Translations under genes and position numbers: made by a program
The notes under the pieces: generated by a model
The model's database searches: none
The model's input: only the letters and a program-made list of their open reading frames with translations
What the model was told of the DNA's origin: nothing
Assembly (NCBI GenBank): GCA_942492765.1
Contig: OW818634.1
Location: 153,159 to 217,158, forward strand
Direction: 5' to 3'
Length of the DNA: 64,000 bases
From: an uncultured bacterium
GTDB lineage: Bacteria; Patescibacteriota; Patescibacteriia; Patescibacteriales; UBA12465
Shown: positions 44,681-54,194 of the stretch, one piece after another
Layout: each line of letters starts with the position of its first letter
How positions within the stretch are numbered: the stretch's first letter is position 1

Positions 44681-47600
44681 TTATTTATTATTAGCATAAA
44701 TCTCTTTTACTTGACTTGGGGTCAAAGCGCCCTGCCAAAGACTTAGATCATCGATTTCCGTTTCTGACCCGCTAGTCGTTATCTCAATTCCCTTGATTTT
44801 GTCGCTTTCATGTATCCAGATTAAGGAAGAACTAGCTTTCTCGATCCCATCGACATAGAAGCTCAATTTATAACGATAAGAGTCATAGACGTAGGTCAGA
44901 TAATGCCAATCGCTCCCTCCCGGTATCGCCGTGTTCAATCCCTCGGCTAAAATTCCGTAATTGTTATTAAACCAATAATCAAGCCGAAAATTATCAGGCA
45001 AGATTGCCAATAATTTCTTATCATTATTCACGCCGCCGGTAAGATATAGGCCGGTTTCACCATTATAGTCATCGGGGATATCTCGCCACCAGAAAGCCAT
45101 GGACAGATCTTTCGTGGCCGGAAAATCAGTTAAAGCGGCGGAATGTATGCGTCCAGGATCGACTTTGATAGCATAATTATTATGGCTTCGTCCGACCCAG
45201 GCATCAGCAGCCAGATCAAGCGCGACTCCGCCGATGCTGTCTAAAGAAGTTCGGCCGGTACCTTCTCCAAAGCTCCAAAAATTCACTAATTCCGGAGCTG
45301 TTTGCGCCTCGCGTTCCGGCATCGGACTATAGGGCGCATCAGCTTCATAATCGGCTCGTATCTCTGCGGCTGTCAGCGGCCGATGCCATAAGGCTAATTC
45401 ATCGAAGAGAACGGCGACGCTCTCGCTCTTGATATCCAGATTAGTCATTGTCGGCAAAGGCAGGACGCAAGCCTCTCGCGCTACTCTAGCGCTATCGATA
45501 TAGACTTCCCAATAATCCTCCTCGCGATTTATCACTAAAGTTAATTTATGCCATTCATAATCGCCGGGGATGCCTTGATAATATCGGAATTTGGAATTAG
45601 GCAAACCTTCTATCTCTAGCATGCTGGCATCTGTCCTGATAGAAAATTTTTCTCCGGCTGAATTCGAAAGTTCTGTCTTGATGCTCGGCGTATCCTGGGA
45701 TTTCTTATAATAAAAGCTCAGAGAAAAGCCGTTATTCATATTTATTGCCGGATTAAGCGCGATATTCAACGGCCCGTGATAATAGCCGAGCTGGCGCGCG
45801 CAATCCCATTTTCCGACCGCCCAATCTCCCGGCCCATAACATTCATTAAAATGCCAGATATCGGTCAGTCCGGATGACACGGTCGGCGCTGGCGGCACGA
45901 ACAAGCCAGAATCTTCTTCTGGATCAGGAGTCGCGGCTTCGGGATCGTCAGAGACTGCCAGGTTGAAATCAGTAGAATTACTATGAGTATTGGCGATCCG
46001 ATTCAAGATATAGGCATCGATAATTTCCAGAGCCGGTCCATTGCCGCGATAGTATGAAGCGCTGGGACCGAAACCGACTAAGTCGACGATATCCGAATCA
46101 GTGCTGGAACTGATAGCATCCATTCCTAAATACAAGCTATAGCCATCTCCTCCCCAGCTGAATTCCGTTCGGGTCGCGATCGCGTCCGCCTGATTCCGAT
46201 AATAATTATTAGCATCATCGCGAGCTATCAGATAAACATCGTGCGCTTTAATGATAGTGCCGCCGGGATAAAAGCCATCAGTTTCATCGCCGAGGCGCAT
46301 CAATAGACTCGGGTCTTCGGAGGTGACAGCTTTCTCCAAGCGATATCCGGACGCCGCCAAATCAATATCGACATCAGTCGGGTTAAATAATTCTATCCAA
46401 TCATTATTGCCAGTGCCGTATATCCTCTTTATCAGCATCAACCTATTCAAATCCGCTACTGGCGTCGAGGTCGCAATTTCTGGAGTCGAGGTTGCCGCTT
46501 CTGGCGTAGAAGTAGCGGTCGAGCCGTTATCATTTTCGGGGTTCGAGGCGATAGACGGGTCATCGCTTATGACTAGATTAAAATCTATCGCATTATCATT
46601 TGATGAGCTGGCGCGCCTTAAAATATAGTTATCCTTGATTTCTATTGCTGGGCCGCTGCCAAGGAAATAAGTCGCATCTTCTCCGAAACCGACAGCATCA
46701 ACGACATCCGGATCAGTGCTAGAACTTATAGCTCCTGTGCCCAAATACATAGTATAGCCGGAACCCGTCCAATTAAATCCTTCCCGATAAACCAGGGCAT
46801 CGGCTTTCTGCTTATAATAATCGTTAGCGCCGCCATTGACGATCAGATAAGTATCATGCGCTTTAATCACGGTTCCGCCCGGATAAGCGCCATCATCAGC
46901 GTCGCCAAGGCGCATCAATAGGCTCGGATCTTCAGCGCTCTTAGTTTTTTCTAACCTATAGCCAGCAGCGGCCAGATCAAAATCATTATCAGTCGTGTTG
47001 ATTATTTCTACCCAATCATTATTACCAGTGCCATAGATCTTATTGATACTCGCCAATTTTGGATAATTGTCAGCCGCCGTATTCGCAGATGTTCCGCCGG
47101 ACGAAGAACCTCCTGATGAAGAACCTCCTGACGAAGAGCTGCCAGAGCTTCCGCTTGAGCTGTGGACCGTGACAGAAGATGCTGTCGCGGCCGCTAGATT
47201 ATAATAGGCTTGATTGACTGATTTATCAGAGCTAACCGCTGCCAATACAGTCGTGCTCGCTTGATCGCTCTTAGACGCGATGACCTTAGTCGTGCTCGCT
47301 TTAGTCGCGCTAACTTTAACTTCCGTAGTCTTGCCAGTGCTGACCTTAAGGCTCGCTTTTCCAGCTTTCACCTCAACGGCCGCCGTCTGGCTAGTTTTTA
47401 CATTGATGCCCAGGCTCTTGGCAGCGCTACTCTTGGCCGAGGCCTTCGCAGTCTTCACGGCCGAGGCCGTCTTAGCCTTAGAAGCTGAGGTCGCCTTCTT
47501 CTTAACGGCTACCGCTTTCTTGGCGCTACTGGCAACCGCTGCTTTCTGAAGATTATCATTGACCAAAGTTATAGACGTTCCAGAATCAGAACCGAATATC

Positions 47601-48565
47601 TTTCCGCTCAAGCTTTGCGCTATCTCCTTAGTCTTGGCAGCAGCCTTAATGGCCGTCTCTTTTATCGTTTTTCCGATAATCTTCAAGGAGGAAACGGGAT
47701 TATTAATCAGGCTCCAGCGGGCCGCTAGAGAGTAAACATTTAACGGCCCATTGATCTCTTCTCGCGAAAATGATGAAAAAATCTCTACGTCCGCAGCAAT
47801 CTTCTCCAGACTGGGCTGGAGAAATTGGGTATAGGGCAAAAAGATATAACGATCGCTTTCATGTTCTAGCCCGACATCATAACCGATCAATTCCGGCGCC
47901 GGGATGACAATATCTTTCCGGCGCGCTATCTTAGAGAATTCCCTGTCCTCAGAAAAACAATCGCCCAAAGAATTCACGACACTCTCGTTGTCAAAACCAT
48001 CCGGCGTAATATCGACGGCATAATAAGCCGGATCATATTCTAAAGCTCCGAGATTATTAGGATTAAAGATATTAGCGCTTTCATATAATTTTTCTGTCAG
48101 ACCGACACAGGTCCATTCCTTATCGCCTGGACCTTTCTGCTTATGAAAATCAAAATCATAACCCAATCTTTTTCCGACTAGGCTCTTAGCGAGCGCGACC
48201 ACGCGCGCTTGCTGGAGAGCGTTGACAGATTTCGGCATGCGCGCGCCTAGGAAAACTTCGCCATCGGCGCGATTAACGAAATACTTGGCCGGATTTTTGA
48301 CTATGCCGCCAGCCATTGCTTCTACGATATAATCTTCGCCGTTTTCCTTGCCGATATAGATGGCGGCATGGCCGGAATAGATATTCTTGATTATCCCCTT
48401 CTCTGAATAGATCAAGGGGTCTTGGCTATAGCCGAACATCTTTCCGTCGCCAGAAGTCCGATAAAGCAAAGTCCCAGGAGGCATCGCCCGGCAGAATCCG
48501 GGAGCTAATAAAAAGCTGCATGTTAAGACCAAGCTAAATAATATTTTTCTATATTTCATAAGCAA
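44681..48565 (-). CDS. giant secreted protein: NlpC/P60-superfamily (YiiX/C92-like permuted papain) domain + Ala/Lys and Ser/Gly linkers + 2 lamin-tail (LTD) domains + 2 LamG/concanavalin-like domains
   Basis: Signal peptide present. GHAAIYIG...VEAMAGGI...WTCVGLTEKLYE gives the H and C context of permuted papain-like amidases. LTD motifs are YGTGNNDWVEIINTTDNDFDLAAAGYRLEK and its duplicate. LamG_3-like ends are LALWHRPLTAAEI and LSLWQGALTPSQVKEIY. Confidence 0.85.
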   Translation of the reverse strand: MLMKYRKILFSLVLTCSFLLAPGFCRAMPPGTLLYRTSGDGKMFGYSQDPLIYSEKGIIKNIYSGHAAIYIGKENGEDYIVEAMAGGIVKNPAKYFVNRADGEVFLGARMPKSVNALQQARVVALAKSLVGKRLGYDFDFHKQKGPGDKEWTCVGLTEKLYESANIFNPNNLGALEYDPAYYAVDITPDGFDNESVVNSLGDCFSEDREFSKIARRKDIVIPAPELIGYDVGLEHESDRYIFLPYTQFLQPSLEKIAADVEIFSSFSREEINGPLNVYSLAARWSLINNPVSSLKIIGKTIKETAIKAAAKTKEIAQSLSGKIFGSDSGTSITLVNDNLQKAAVASSAKKAVAVKKKATSASKAKTASAVKTAKASAKSSAAKSLGINVKTSQTAAVEVKAGKASLKVSTGKTTEVKVSATKASTTKVIASKSDQASTTVLAAVSSDKSVNQAYYNLAAATASSVTVHSSSGSSGSSSSGGSSSGGSSSGGTSANTAADNYPKLASINKIYGTGNNDWVEIINTTDNDFDLAAAGYRLEKTKSAEDPSLLMRLGDADDGAYPGGTVIKAHDTYLIVNGGANDYYKQKADALVYREGFNWTGSGYTMYLGTGAISSSTDPDVVDAVGFGEDATYFLGSGPAIEIKDNYILRRASSSNDNAIDFNLVISDDPSIASNPENDNGSTATSTPEAATSTPEIATSTPVADLNRLMLIKRIYGTGNNDWIELFNPTDVDIDLAASGYRLEKAVTSEDPSLLMRLGDETDGFYPGGTIIKAHDVYLIARDDANNYYRNQADAIATRTEFSWGGDGYSLYLGMDAISSSTDSDIVDLVGFGPSASYYRGNGPALEIIDAYILNRIANTHSNSTDFNLAVSDDPEAATPDPEEDSGLFVPPAPTVSSGLTDIWHFNECYGPGDWAVGKWDCARQLGYYHGPLNIALNPAINMNNGFSLSFYYKKSQDTPSIKTELSNSAGEKFSIRTDASMLEIEGLPNSKFRYYQGIPGDYEWHKLTLVINREEDYWEVYIDSARVAREACVLPLPTMTNLDIKSESVAVLFDELALWHRPLTAAEIRADYEADAPYSPMPEREAQTAPELVNFWSFGEGTGRTSLDSIGGVALDLAADAWVGRSHNNYAIKVDPGRIHSAALTDFPATKDLSMAFWWRDIPDDYNGETGLYLTGGVNNDKKLLAILPDNFRLDYWFNNNYGILAEGLNTAIPGGSDWHYLTYVYDSYRYKLSFYVDGIEKASSSLIWIHESDKIKGIEITTSGSETEIDDLSLWQGALTPSQVKEIYANNK
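45937..47056 (-). repeat. tandem duplication of an approx 168-aa LTD module inside the giant gene
   Basis: Unit 1 is about 46553-47056 and unit 2 about 45937-46440. The protein units align end to end (INKIYGTGNNDW...DFNLVISDDPS vs IKRIYGTGNNDW...DFNLAVSDDPEA) with long identical peptide runs (EDPSLLMRLGD, AISSSTD). Confidence 0.8.
46459..46521 (-). repeat. 21-nt x 3 in-frame tandem repeat (TSTPE[A/I]A)
   Basis: Units at 46459-46479, 46480-46500 and 46501-46521 encode TSTPEAA/TSTPEIA/TSTPVAD in the linker between the two LTD modules. Confidence 0.8.
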
Positions 48566-48568
48566 ATT

Positions 48569-49426
48569 TTAATTATTATAATATTCTTCCCATTCCTCCG
48601 CGCTTATCTCCGGCACAGCCAATTCTTCTTCGCCTAATCGATTAAGAATGTCGGCGGCGAAGGCGCGGCTGATAGCATCGCCGCTAGATTCCGTCTTATA
48701 GAAGACTAGGAGCATGTCTTTGGTCTCGCTTGGAAAGAACGGATAATAATCGCCCAATAACAGAATAAGCGGCCGCCGCAAGCGCTGATCAGACCCCGAA
48801 TCAAAGATAATCTTCTTGATGCGCTCTAATTGCTCCTGATTAAAAGATTCTTCCTTGCCGGGCGACGAGCTTAAGGCTCTGATCGCGGCCTCTTTGACTA
48901 TCAGATCGTCATCGCCCGATAAGATTTCGTAATAATAGTCTAAGGGGTTATCGCTTGCGCCTAGGCCTGAGGCGCTAAAAGCAGAGATAACCGCAGCTTT
49001 TAAGAGAGATTCCTTCCCGTCAGCCAGATAAGCTTTCATATAATCTGGAGGATTATCTGGCCCGAATATTTCTTGCGCCGCATCGGCTAGGCTTATCCGG
49101 AAACCAATCCCGACGCTCTCATCTAAAAAGTATCCTTTTAATCGCCGTAACGCTTTAGAGTCCTGATCATCTCTTAGTTCTTTTATTAATGCGGATTTAG
49201 CTTCCTCCCTAGCGGCAGCGCAAGCTTCGTGACAGACAGTCTCATCGCCGAAAGAGCGGCGCAGCTTTTCTAGATTAAGCTCGGCCCGACTGACTAAGGA
49301 CATTGAAACCGCGAAATAGACAAGCGCTAGCGCTAGCAAGAGACCGAAAATCAAGAACCATTTCTGCCTGGCTGGAAAAGACCGCCAGAATTTATAACTT
49401 TGCAGATGTCGGAATAATCCTTTCAT
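48569..49426 (-). CDS. N-terminally anchored alpha-helical-repeat protein (HEAT/ARM-like), hypothetical
   Basis: One TM (WFLIFGLLLALALVYFAVSMSLV) followed by helical repeats. A 3-nt gap separates it from the giant gene. Confidence 0.55.
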   Translation of the reverse strand: MKGLFRHLQSYKFWRSFPARQKWFLIFGLLLALALVYFAVSMSLVSRAELNLEKLRRSFGDETVCHEACAAAREEAKSALIKELRDDQDSKALRRLKGYFLDESVGIGFRISLADAAQEIFGPDNPPDYMKAYLADGKESLLKAAVISAFSASGLGASDNPLDYYYEILSGDDDLIVKEAAIRALSSSPGKEESFNQEQLERIKKIIFDSGSDQRLRRPLILLLGDYYPFFPSETKDMLLVFYKTESSGDAISRAFAADILNRLGEEELAVPEISAEEWEEYYNN

Positions 49427-49555
49427 ATTTTTATTGTCATTAATTATTTAGCCTCTTCACTATAACAAAATCACCCTGATGGAATCTTAAATTTTATTTG
49501 AATAGTTACTGAACTTAAAAAATAAAAAACTCTTGAATTAACAAGGTTTTTTGCT

Positions 49556-49590
49556 AAAACAAAAATCAGACCTTATTGGTCTGATTTTTA
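49556..49590 (-). terminator. rho-independent terminator
   Basis: Stem ATCAGACC/GGTCTGAT (49565-49572 / 49578-49585) with T-runs on both strands, about 50 nt after the 49637 stop. Confidence 0.65.
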
Positions 49591-49636
49591 AGAAAAATAT
49601 TTTAACTATTGGGCGACAAATCCCGCTCTCTAATCC

Positions 49637-51925
49637 TTATTTCTTCACGCTCGAAGAAGCTCTAAGTTCCTGCTTGCTTAAGAGATCTAGGAATGATTTC
49701 CAGCCCGCATCAAGCGCCGGATCCAAGCTGATAGATTTAGCCGCCGCCTCGCCTGCCTTAACCGTATCTCCGGAAATAGTATAAAGCTTCGCCAAACTAA
49801 ACCAGATTTGCGCATCCGTATTATATAGGGCGGCTAATCTCTCCGCTCCTTTCAAGGCATTGGGATAATCAGGCTTACCGGCAAAATAATTTATCGCTTC
49901 GACTAGCAGCTGTCCAGAATTAATATCGCCCAGGCCGTCAAGCTCGGCGCATTTAGTCATCGGCTCAGCCATATCCTTAACCGTAATGCCGCTCTTCGGC
50001 TGATCCTTCAAGAAAAGATAAAATTGAGCTAAGCGGCAATAGCCTTCCGGATATTCCGGGTTCAAGCTGATAGCATAATTGACCGTTTCGATAGCTTGCT
50101 TCTGTTCGCCGCGCGCCAGAAGCATCTGCGCCTTAGTCAAATAGACGGTAGCGCGATTCGGACTGGCTTCAATGGATTTTTCCATCGCCCCCAGAGCTAA
50201 ACCGGAATAATAATTGAATTTAGCCAAATCCTTGATATTGTATCTGGCCGCCGTATCTAATACCTGAGCCATTTGCATCTGAGTCAAGCTATCTAGAGGA
50301 CTTTCGTCCACATTCTTCTGAGCCAGAGAGATAGTATAGTCAATGATATCTTGCGCTTCCGTGGCCGATACCGTCTTTAGAGCCTCTGGGTTCATAGTCA
50401 CTAGATTGATAAGCGTGCCGCGGCCATCTCTATCCAAAGGCGTGCCAGTTAGAGCTTTACGATACTCAACAATGCCACCAGCCAGCTCTCCTTGAGCGAT
50501 ATAGCTATAGCCGTTGATAACGCCTTTAAACATGCGCCAAGGCTTCAGATTATATTGATTAGTGAAGATATAGGCGCCGATAACCAAAAGAATAAGGACC
50601 ACCCATTCCCAGTCGCGATTCATAGTCAACCATCTCTTAGATACCGCTTCTTCTTCCAAAGAAGATTCCTCGCCAAAATAGAGCCAATAGATGAAACCAA
50701 GAATCATCATCAGGCCGATATAGGTAACCAAGGAATCAAAGACGGCTAAATTCTGAATAAAATAAGCGACTAAGAGCGCGACAATAACTATTATTTCCAG
50801 GTTCTGACGGCTTGCTTCGTCGCCAAGGCCAGCGCGTTTCCCGTTCGCTTTAAATTTCTTCCAGAGATAATATAGAGCCGCGGTAAAGAGGCTCAGGTAA
50901 GTGACTAGGCCGAATAACCCGGTCGTGGAAGTGATATCGATGATATTGTTATGCGCTCGATCAAAATAGGTTTCTGTCCGCGTATAGCTGAGGAATTTAG
51001 AATCAAAATGCTTATCGAATATGATAGCATAATTTCCAAAGCCGGTGCCGAAGACCGGATGGTTCTTAAAATCAGCCGCGGCCCCCTTCCACGAAATCAA
51101 ACGAGTCTGAAAAGTAACCTTCTGAGCAGTTAAATTTCTCAGGAAACTATTCTGGAACCAAGCTTTATCACTTTGAGAGAAAATAATGATCACAGCCGCT
51201 ACCGCCAAGACGAAAAAAGAGAGCGAGGCGCGGCGCAAATTTTTACTCTTATGAAATAAGCCTAATAAAAACACAGTCAACAAGATGCTGGCAGCTAGGC
51301 CGATAATCGCGCCGGAAGTATGGCAGTGCCAGAACTCGAGCAGCATGATAATGACCGGGATGGCGTAAAGCCAGCGCCAGCCTCTATATTCGCTGCGGAA
51401 AAAAAGGATAACACAGAAGAAAATATTGAATATCAAATAACCGCTCACGTAAGCCGTATTGCCGATAGTGCTATAAGGAGCTTCGCCGAATAAACCGATC
51501 AGAGAAACTATTGGCGCAATCATTATAGAGGCTAAGAATAAGGACTGCCACTCTTTCCAGGACCTGAAAGCGGTGACCAGAATAAGATAAAAGATAAAGA
51601 AATGAAGGATATGGAAAAAACCAAGCATGCGCTCGGAATCGCCCCAAAAGCTGAGAATAGGATCAACGCTAATGATGCAAGACGCGACTATGGCCACGAA
51701 ATAAGCCATTAATCCGTAAATTATCAGATTCTTCTTCGGGCGATATTCGGGAAAACGCAGAACGAAGACGAACCAGATGACCAACAAGAACTCCATCAAA
51801 ACGTTGAATGACAGCTGTTTGGAGGTGATGTAAGGAAACAGCAAGTCCTTAAAGACAAAAAAGACGATCAGGAGCGAGGCGATTAATCCGCCCTGCAAGA
51901 TCCTCAAATAGGTTTTTGCAGACAT
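49637..51925 (-). CDS. O-antigen ligase-like (Wzy_C) membrane protein with C-terminal TPR domain
   Basis: About 12 TM helices with a Wzy_C-like central region (WHCHTSGAIIGLAASILL). The C-terminal 300 aa or so are TPR-like repeats (AQMLLARGEQKQAIETVNYAISLNPEYPEGYCRLAQFY). Confidence 0.7.
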   Translation of the reverse strand: MSAKTYLRILQGGLIASLLIVFFVFKDLLFPYITSKQLSFNVLMEFLLVIWFVFVLRFPEYRPKKNLIIYGLMAYFVAIVASCIISVDPILSFWGDSERMLGFFHILHFFIFYLILVTAFRSWKEWQSLFLASIMIAPIVSLIGLFGEAPYSTIGNTAYVSGYLIFNIFFCVILFFRSEYRGWRWLYAIPVIIMLLEFWHCHTSGAIIGLAASILLTVFLLGLFHKSKNLRRASLSFFVLAVAAVIIIFSQSDKAWFQNSFLRNLTAQKVTFQTRLISWKGAAADFKNHPVFGTGFGNYAIIFDKHFDSKFLSYTRTETYFDRAHNNIIDITSTTGLFGLVTYLSLFTAALYYLWKKFKANGKRAGLGDEASRQNLEIIVIVALLVAYFIQNLAVFDSLVTYIGLMMILGFIYWLYFGEESSLEEEAVSKRWLTMNRDWEWVVLILLVIGAYIFTNQYNLKPWRMFKGVINGYSYIAQGELAGGIVEYRKALTGTPLDRDGRGTLINLVTMNPEALKTVSATEAQDIIDYTISLAQKNVDESPLDSLTQMQMAQVLDTAARYNIKDLAKFNYYSGLALGAMEKSIEASPNRATVYLTKAQMLLARGEQKQAIETVNYAISLNPEYPEGYCRLAQFYLFLKDQPKSGITVKDMAEPMTKCAELDGLGDINSGQLLVEAINYFAGKPDYPNALKGAERLAALYNTDAQIWFSLAKLYTISGDTVKAGEAAAKSISLDPALDAGWKSFLDLLSKQELRASSSVKK

Positions 51926-51927
51926 AT

Positions 51928-54069
51928 TTATTTTATATTATTAGAGGTTTCACCCAGGCTTATCTTCCTTAAGTTAACATTGGTTATTCCCAAGCTCAGG
52001 GAACGGAAGATATCCATCAGATTAGACGCTTCGATATCGTGGCGATAACCATCGAGATCGACATAGCTTATCCGGCCACCTTTTTCTGTGCGCAATAAGA
52101 GGCGTCCTTTCAGGCGGCTGCGCAAAGAAGCATTCCCCTTCTGGCCGCTGGCTTTAGTCGGAATCAGATTAAGATTAGTTTCGGTGATACCAAGAGCTAG
52201 GGAACGGAAAATACTTAAAGCACTGTCCTGACTTATAAAATAACGCTTATAGTCTTGCGGATTCACATACCAGATATAACCCTTGGTTTCAGTCTGCAAA
52301 AGCAAACGTCCGGCCAACCTGGCTGCTAATTTCGCATCAGTCTTCCCTGCCAACTTTTTCTCGGCCGCGATAATATCGGCGACCGTGTCTTTTACCCGGA
52401 CAATACTAGCGCTCACCGCGGCGCTATATTGACCGCTAGTATCCATAGCTATCAATTCCAAGCTATTGGATCCTAAAGATAAACTCATAGTATAAGACCA
52501 GCTTTCTGAACTATTAGCAGACACAACTTCTTGCCCGTTGATTAAGACGCTAGCTCCGGCCGGTTTAGAGCCGCTGATAGCCAAACTAGAGGCCGTGGTC
52601 GTCGCTAAAGACGAAGTGATAGCCGGCGCAGCTAAGCCGTTATTGCGGCGGATATAGACGGATAGACGGTCGCTCTGCTGGCCGGAAATATCCTGATAGA
52701 AAATAGAAAAACTATTGTCTCCGAGCTCAAGATTAACCCGATAAGACCAGGCGGAGACGTTGCGATCGCTAAAGACACTCTGTCCGTTTATAGAAACGAT
52801 CGTTCCTAGCGGCTTAGTGCCGGACAGCTCGATAGAAGCAGCGACAGTCGTGGTGCTGATATTATCAATGATCGGCGCTACTATGGCCGCCAGATTGCTT
52901 TCAGTTATCAGGAAGGGCTTGAAAATAACCGGATAGACCGTAGTATCGACAGTCGAAGTCGCAATCGTCGTCGTAACCGTCTTTAAAAAAGTCGCCTCGA
53001 TAGCTGTCTCGTCGCCACTGCCCCAATAATTATTGGCGGCGGCCAAGCTATAGACATTATTCTTCAGATTATAATTCTTATTATTATAGATATTGTTCAA
53101 GCTGAACAGGTGTGGCCGAGCGGAAAGATACAGGCCATAGTTGAAATTATTCTTGATAGCGTTCTGCATGATGATCGTATCAGCCGCAGCGATATCCAGG
53201 CCGATTTCATTATTGCTAACATTATTTTTTTCAAAGATATCCGAACGACTGGCAGCAGCCGTTAAGACGCCGGCGACCGAATTATATTTAATAGTATTGC
53301 CGAGAATGGCATTATTATCGCCATTGACGATATTCAAGCCGACGCTATTACTGTTCAAAGAATTGCCTTCAATGACTGCGGTGACTAGCGGCTGGCCGAC
53401 ATAAGATGCTCCGGCTGGAGTGACAATATAGCTCTGGCTGTTATTGCGATTGATAACGATAGCAGTCGTATTGTCGGTAAAGACATTATTCTTGACATAC
53501 ATCGGAATAACGATGTTAGCGTTAGGATTAGAGGCTGATACAGAAGCGGCTATCCCGCCGACATAGCCGTTATCGCCAATAATTGCCAAGCCGGACACGT
53601 TATTCATTATCTGGTTATCACTGATGAAGGGGCTGGCGTCATCGCATTTTATGCCTTGACCGAACTTGATGATGGCATTCTTGATGATACTGCCGGAAAC
53701 GTATTGGCCATCCTTGACCGTCGCATCGACCGCGTCCGCCGTAAATTCGATGCCGTCCCAAAGACTAGTGCTGGAAGCAGATGATCCCAGGGTCATAGTG
53801 ACTGGATTATCTGCGGTCCCCAAGACTTGGAGTTCCCCGTTGACAAGAATCTTTGCTCCCGGATTAAAGCGTATCTCGGTTCCGGCTTCGATTTTTAAGA
53901 TCGCGCCTTTGGTCACTTCAATGGTGCCGCTTACTATATAAGGGCTATTCTCCGTCGTCCAAACCGGATTAGTGATGCTGCTAGAAACGGCAGTTCCAGC
54001 CGCTAGGCTCGGCAGCGGGAGAAACGCTAAGGCTACGAATAATAAGAATCCCTTCAGATTGGTTGGCAT
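51928..54069 (-). CDS. secreted right-handed parallel beta-helix (PbH1/NosD-like) protein with two Ig-like modules and two C-terminal approx 55-aa repeats
   Basis: Signal peptide present. Many N/G/I-rich about 22-aa turns (NNVFTDNTTAIVINRNN, GNSLNSNSVGLNIVNGDNNAILGNTIKYN). Ig-like modules are SGTKPLGTIVSINGQSVF and SGSKPAGASVLINGQEVV. The C-terminal repeats are described in the findings. Confidence 0.75.
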   Translation of the reverse strand: MPTNLKGFLLFVALAFLPLPSLAAGTAVSSSITNPVWTTENSPYIVSGTIEVTKGAILKIEAGTEIRFNPGAKILVNGELQVLGTADNPVTMTLGSSASSTSLWDGIEFTADAVDATVKDGQYVSGSIIKNAIIKFGQGIKCDDASPFISDNQIMNNVSGLAIIGDNGYVGGIAASVSASNPNANIVIPMYVKNNVFTDNTTAIVINRNNSQSYIVTPAGASYVGQPLVTAVIEGNSLNSNSVGLNIVNGDNNAILGNTIKYNSVAGVLTAAASRSDIFEKNNVSNNEIGLDIAAADTIIMQNAIKNNFNYGLYLSARPHLFSLNNIYNNKNYNLKNNVYSLAAANNYWGSGDETAIEATFLKTVTTTIATSTVDTTVYPVIFKPFLITESNLAAIVAPIIDNISTTTVAASIELSGTKPLGTIVSINGQSVFSDRNVSAWSYRVNLELGDNSFSIFYQDISGQQSDRLSVYIRRNNGLAAPAITSSLATTTASSLAISGSKPAGASVLINGQEVVSANSSESWSYTMSLSLGSNSLELIAMDTSGQYSAAVSASIVRVKDTVADIIAAEKKLAGKTDAKLAARLAGRLLLQTETKGYIWYVNPQDYKRYFISQDSALSIFRSLALGITETNLNLIPTKASGQKGNASLRSRLKGRLLLRTEKGGRISYVDLDGYRHDIEASNLMDIFRSLSLGITNVNLRKISLGETSNNIK

Positions 54070-54101
54070 AAGATTAAAAAAATTAATTTATCATTGTCCT
54101 T

Positions 54102-54130
54102 ATTATAGCATATTTGCCCTTAATTGGTAA
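54102..54130 (-). promoter_or_regulatory. sigma70-like promoter (extended -10) for the beta-helix gene
   Basis: Minus strand reads TTACCA (54125-54130), 17 nt spacer, TGCTATAAT (-10 at 54102-54107). Confidence 0.5.
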
Positions 54131-54131
54131 A

Positions 54132-54162
54132 ACAAAAAGGCCGGGCTTGCGCCCGGCCTTTT
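54132..54162 (-). terminator. strong rho-independent terminator of the S-layer-like gene
   Basis: GC-rich stem GGCCGGGC/GCCCGGCC (54139-54146 / 54151-54158) with a T-run on the minus strand. Confidence 0.8.
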
Positions 54163-54194
54163 CTTGCTCACTTACCTATCTCTAAATAATTAAA

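Noticed and set aside
44501-44746. 81-aa plus-strand ORF.
   Set aside because: It overlaps the RNase P RNA gene and its promoter and terminator on the opposite strand. It is a chance ORF.
46459-46521. Short tandem repeats considered as a possible CRISPR or minisatellite.
   Set aside because: The repeats are contiguous 21-nt in-frame units with no spacers, inside a CDS. No CRISPR-like repeat-spacer array and no cas gene is visible anywhere in the window.
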